In this document: positions 61,891 to 64,000 of the stretch, in pieces | Layout of the letters: each line of letters opens with the position of its first letter | Position numbering within the stretch: the first letter of the stretch is position 1 | Assembly: GCA_050916045.1 (NCBI GenBank) | Contig: CP051526.1 | Location: forward strand, 3,487,015-3,551,014 | Length of the DNA stretch: 64,000 bases | Direction: 5' to 3' | Source: Tepidisphaera sp. | GTDB lineage: Bacteria; Planctomycetota; Phycisphaerae; Phycisphaerales; UBA1924 | Notes under the pieces: model-generated | Databases searched by the model: none | Told to the model about the DNA's origin: nothing | The model's input: only the letters and a program-made list of their open reading frames with translations | Position numbers and translations under genes: made by a program

Positions 61891-64000
61891 TCAGTTCTCC
61901 GACGGCTGGCTCTGCTCGGTCCGCATCTGTGCCATCGCTCGCCGCAAGTAGCCGGGCTTGGCCTCGGGCTCGGGCGGGACGGTCTCGAGATCCGCCGCAG
62001 GCGTCGCCTGGACCGCTTGCGCGGCAGCCGGCTGCTCGGCCGGTGTCTCGTGGATCGTGCCGTCGCGGCCGACCTGGGCGAAGTTGACGCTGACGCGCTT
62101 CGAGACGCCGCGCTCCTGCATCGTGACGCCGTACAAGCGGTCCGCCGACTGCATCGTCCGCTTGTTGTGCGTGATGACGATGAAGTGCGAGAGGTCGGTG
62201 AACTGGCGGATGACGGTGTTGAAGCGGTTGACGTTGGCTTCGTCCAAAGCCGCGTCCACTTCGTCCAGCACGCAGAAGCACGAGGGCTTGCTTCGGAAGA
62301 TCGCCATGAGCAAGCCGACGGCGGTGAGGGTCTTCTCGCCGCCGGAAAGCTGGCTGATCGAGCGCGGCTCCTTGCCCGGGGGCTTGGCGATGATCTCGAT
62401 GCCGGACTCGAGGATGTCGGTCTCATCGGTGACGACCTTCTGGCCGTCGATTTCCTTGATGAGGGGCATGAGGCGGACCTCGGCTTTGCCGCCGCCGAAG
62501 AGCTTGCGGAACATCCCCTGCTCGCCGCCGAAGTTCTCGCGGATCTTGTCGAAGACCTCGCCGAAGCGCTCCTTGCTGACGGCGTTGAGCTGGCCGATTA
62601 GTTCGGCGAGCTTGGTGCACGCGTCGTCGATGTCCGCGACCTGGCGGATCAGCTCGTCGTTGCGCGCGGCGAGCGTCGTCTCCTCCTCGATCGAGTCCAT
62701 GTTGACGTTGCCGAGCTTCTTGATCTCAGAGCGAAGCATGTCGATGTCCGCTTGGGCACGCTCGTGATCGGGGCGAACGACGCCGCCTGCGGTGAGCATC
62801 TCGCGGTACTCGGGGTGGAGCGCGACCAGGTCGAGTTGGAGATCCTCTCGGGCCCGCTCCTCGAGGGTCTCCCGCTTGATCTCGGCTTCGCGGCGAGCCA
62901 TCTCGACGTTCGCCCACCGCTTCTCCGCGTCATTGGCGGTGCGACGGACCTCGGAAAGATGCTGAGCCGCTTGCGTCGCCGCGGTGTCGGCTCCGCTCAG
63001 CGCGATCTGGAGGGACTCGACGCGTCCCTTGAGCTCATTGGCGAGCACGCCCGACTGCTCGATCGCCGCGCGGGCTTCCTCGAGGACGCGGCGGTGCTCA
63101 TCCACGCGGCCGCTTGACTGCTCGATCTGCGACGCGATGTCGCGCCGCTGACGGGCGAGTTCATCCCGGAGGGAGTCAAGCCGCGAAGCTTCGCGTCGGG
63201 CGGCCGAGAGCTGCTCGGAGAGCTTGCCGGCTTCAACGCGGGCGGCGGTCATCTGTTCGGTCGCGGCTTCGACGCGGGCCTGAGCTTCGCGCGAAGCGGC
63301 TTCGAGCTGAACGAGGTCGCGCGTCGCGGCGGCGAGCTGTTCACCAAGGGACTCGGCTTTGGCTTTCAGGGTGTCGCGGTCGGCGTCAAGACGCGTGGAG
63401 CGTTCGCGGAGCGAAGCGACTTCCTGCTCGAGCGAGCGGATCTCCCGCTGGGCCCGGGATTCGTCGGCGGCGAGACGTTCGAGCTTGCCCTGCTCGCTGA
63501 GGAGCTGCCGCTGTTCGGCGGAAAGCGAGGTTCTCAGCTGCGCCGCACGTGCGTTGAGCGCTGCCGCTTCGGTGTCCACCGCTGCGAGCGCTTCTCGCTC
63601 GGCCTTGACGCGTAGGGCGAGGTCGGCGACGACGGCTTCGAGGTGGTTGAGCTCGTTGCGGCGGGCAATGACGCCCGCGCCCTCGGCGCCGGCTTCTCGC
63701 GGACCCGCGATGATGCGGCCGTCGGGCTCGACGATCACGCCGCTTTCGGTGAGGAATCGCCCGCCCGCGAGCGGGCCTGCGGCGAGAAGCATCGCCGTCT
63801 CGACGTCACGCACCGCGAAGGTCCGACCGAGAAGGCGGTCCAGAAGCGGATCCACGGGCTGGCCGGAAGCATCGCCGCGGGCACGCACCATCGACCGGAT
63901 CGGGCGCACGCGGTCGGCGTATGCGGAGAGGTCCGCTTGCTCCGACGGCGCGGCGTGACCGACCGTGCGCGCGAGCATGAACGTCACGCGGCCGGGAAGC
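61891..64000 (-). CDS. smc: chromosome segregation protein SMC, C-terminal two-thirds (gene continues past the right edge)
   Basis: The track ORF 61891..63987 is simply the in-window part. It has a long coiled coil and a hinge-like segment (FAVRDVETAMLLAAG). The ABC signature LSGGEKTLTAVGLLMAI and Walker B FCVLDEVDAALD are present. Confidence 0.88.
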   Translation of the reverse strand, partial: LPGRVTFMLARTVGHAAPSEQADLSAYADRVRPIRSMVRARGDASGQPVDPLLDRLLGRTFAVRDVETAMLLAAGPLAGGRFLTESGVIVEPDGRIIAGPREAGAEGAGVIARRNELNHLEAVVADLALRVKAEREALAAVDTEAAALNARAAQLRTSLSAEQRQLLSEQGKLERLAADESRAQREIRSLEQEVASLRERSTRLDADRDTLKAKAESLGEQLAAATRDLVQLEAASREAQARVEAATEQMTAARVEAGKLSEQLSAARREASRLDSLRDELARQRRDIASQIEQSSGRVDEHRRVLEEARAAIEQSGVLANELKGRVESLQIALSGADTAATQAAQHLSEVRRTANDAEKRWANVEMARREAEIKRETLEERAREDLQLDLVALHPEYREMLTAGGVVRPDHERAQADIDMLRSEIKKLGNVNMDSIEEETTLAARNDELIRQVADIDDACTKLAELIGQLNAVSKERFGEVFDKIRENFGGEQGMFRKLFGGGKAEVRLMPLIKEIDGQKVVTDETDILESGIEIIAKPPGKEPRSISQLSGGEKTLTAVGLLMAIFRSKPSCFCVLDEVDAALDEANVNRFNTVIRQFTDLSHFIVITHNKRTMQSADRLYGVTMQERGVSKRVSVNFAQVGRDGTIHETPAEQPAAAQAVQATPAADLETVPPEPEAKPGYLRRAMAQMRTEQSQPSEN

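Overview
This 64-kb window is very GC-rich and gene-dense. I recognise about 46 protein-coding genes and no rRNA, tRNA, CRISPR array, transposase or integrase. It reads as a core chromosomal segment, not a mobile island.

The source is probably Planctomycetota, likely Phycisphaerae. This is an inference from several protein features:
- dockerin tails that terminate in Gly-Cys
- a PEP-CTERM tail
- an ECF sigma gene overlapping a WD40 Ser/Thr kinase gene
- membrane proteins with CxxC[GD]Y...CPECG tails
- Lys/Ala/Pro-rich tails on DNA-related proteins

Housekeeping genes I can support from motifs are gdhA, an SDR, nfo, queF, fliD-fliS, fabG and fabD, recR, rpoN, hrpA, clpC, an ABC ATPase, a flavin reductase, an M24 aminopeptidase, a glycosylasparaginase-like Ntn hydrolase, a GNAT, glmS, a Zn-dependent alcohol dehydrogenase and smc (partial).

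The unusual content is cell-surface and signalling:
1. A 1,594-aa fibre protein (10352-15136, minus) alternates collagen triple-helix segments with six small CBM5/12-like modules. Its stop overlaps the start of a 139-aa mini-protein that consists of a small beta module and a GC-terminated dockerin.
2. Three unrelated secreted proteins share the same double Ca-loop dockerin tail ending in Gly-Cys. No partner for this tail is visible in the window.
3. An ECF sigma gene overlaps by ATGA a 1,170-aa Ser/Thr kinase with a heptad-repeat stalk and WD40 repeats. A CX5R phosphatase gene converges on the kinase.
4. FliD is unusually long, with five tandem IN-motif head modules.
5. Two paralog-like membrane proteins carry C-terminal zinc-ribbon tails.
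6. Histone-H1-like K/A/P tails sit on endonuclease IV and on a DUF4287/SRPBCC-like protein.

Many long ORFs in the track are antisense shadow ORFs typical of high-GC DNA and were rejected. All family assignments come from reading motifs by eye; no searches were run.
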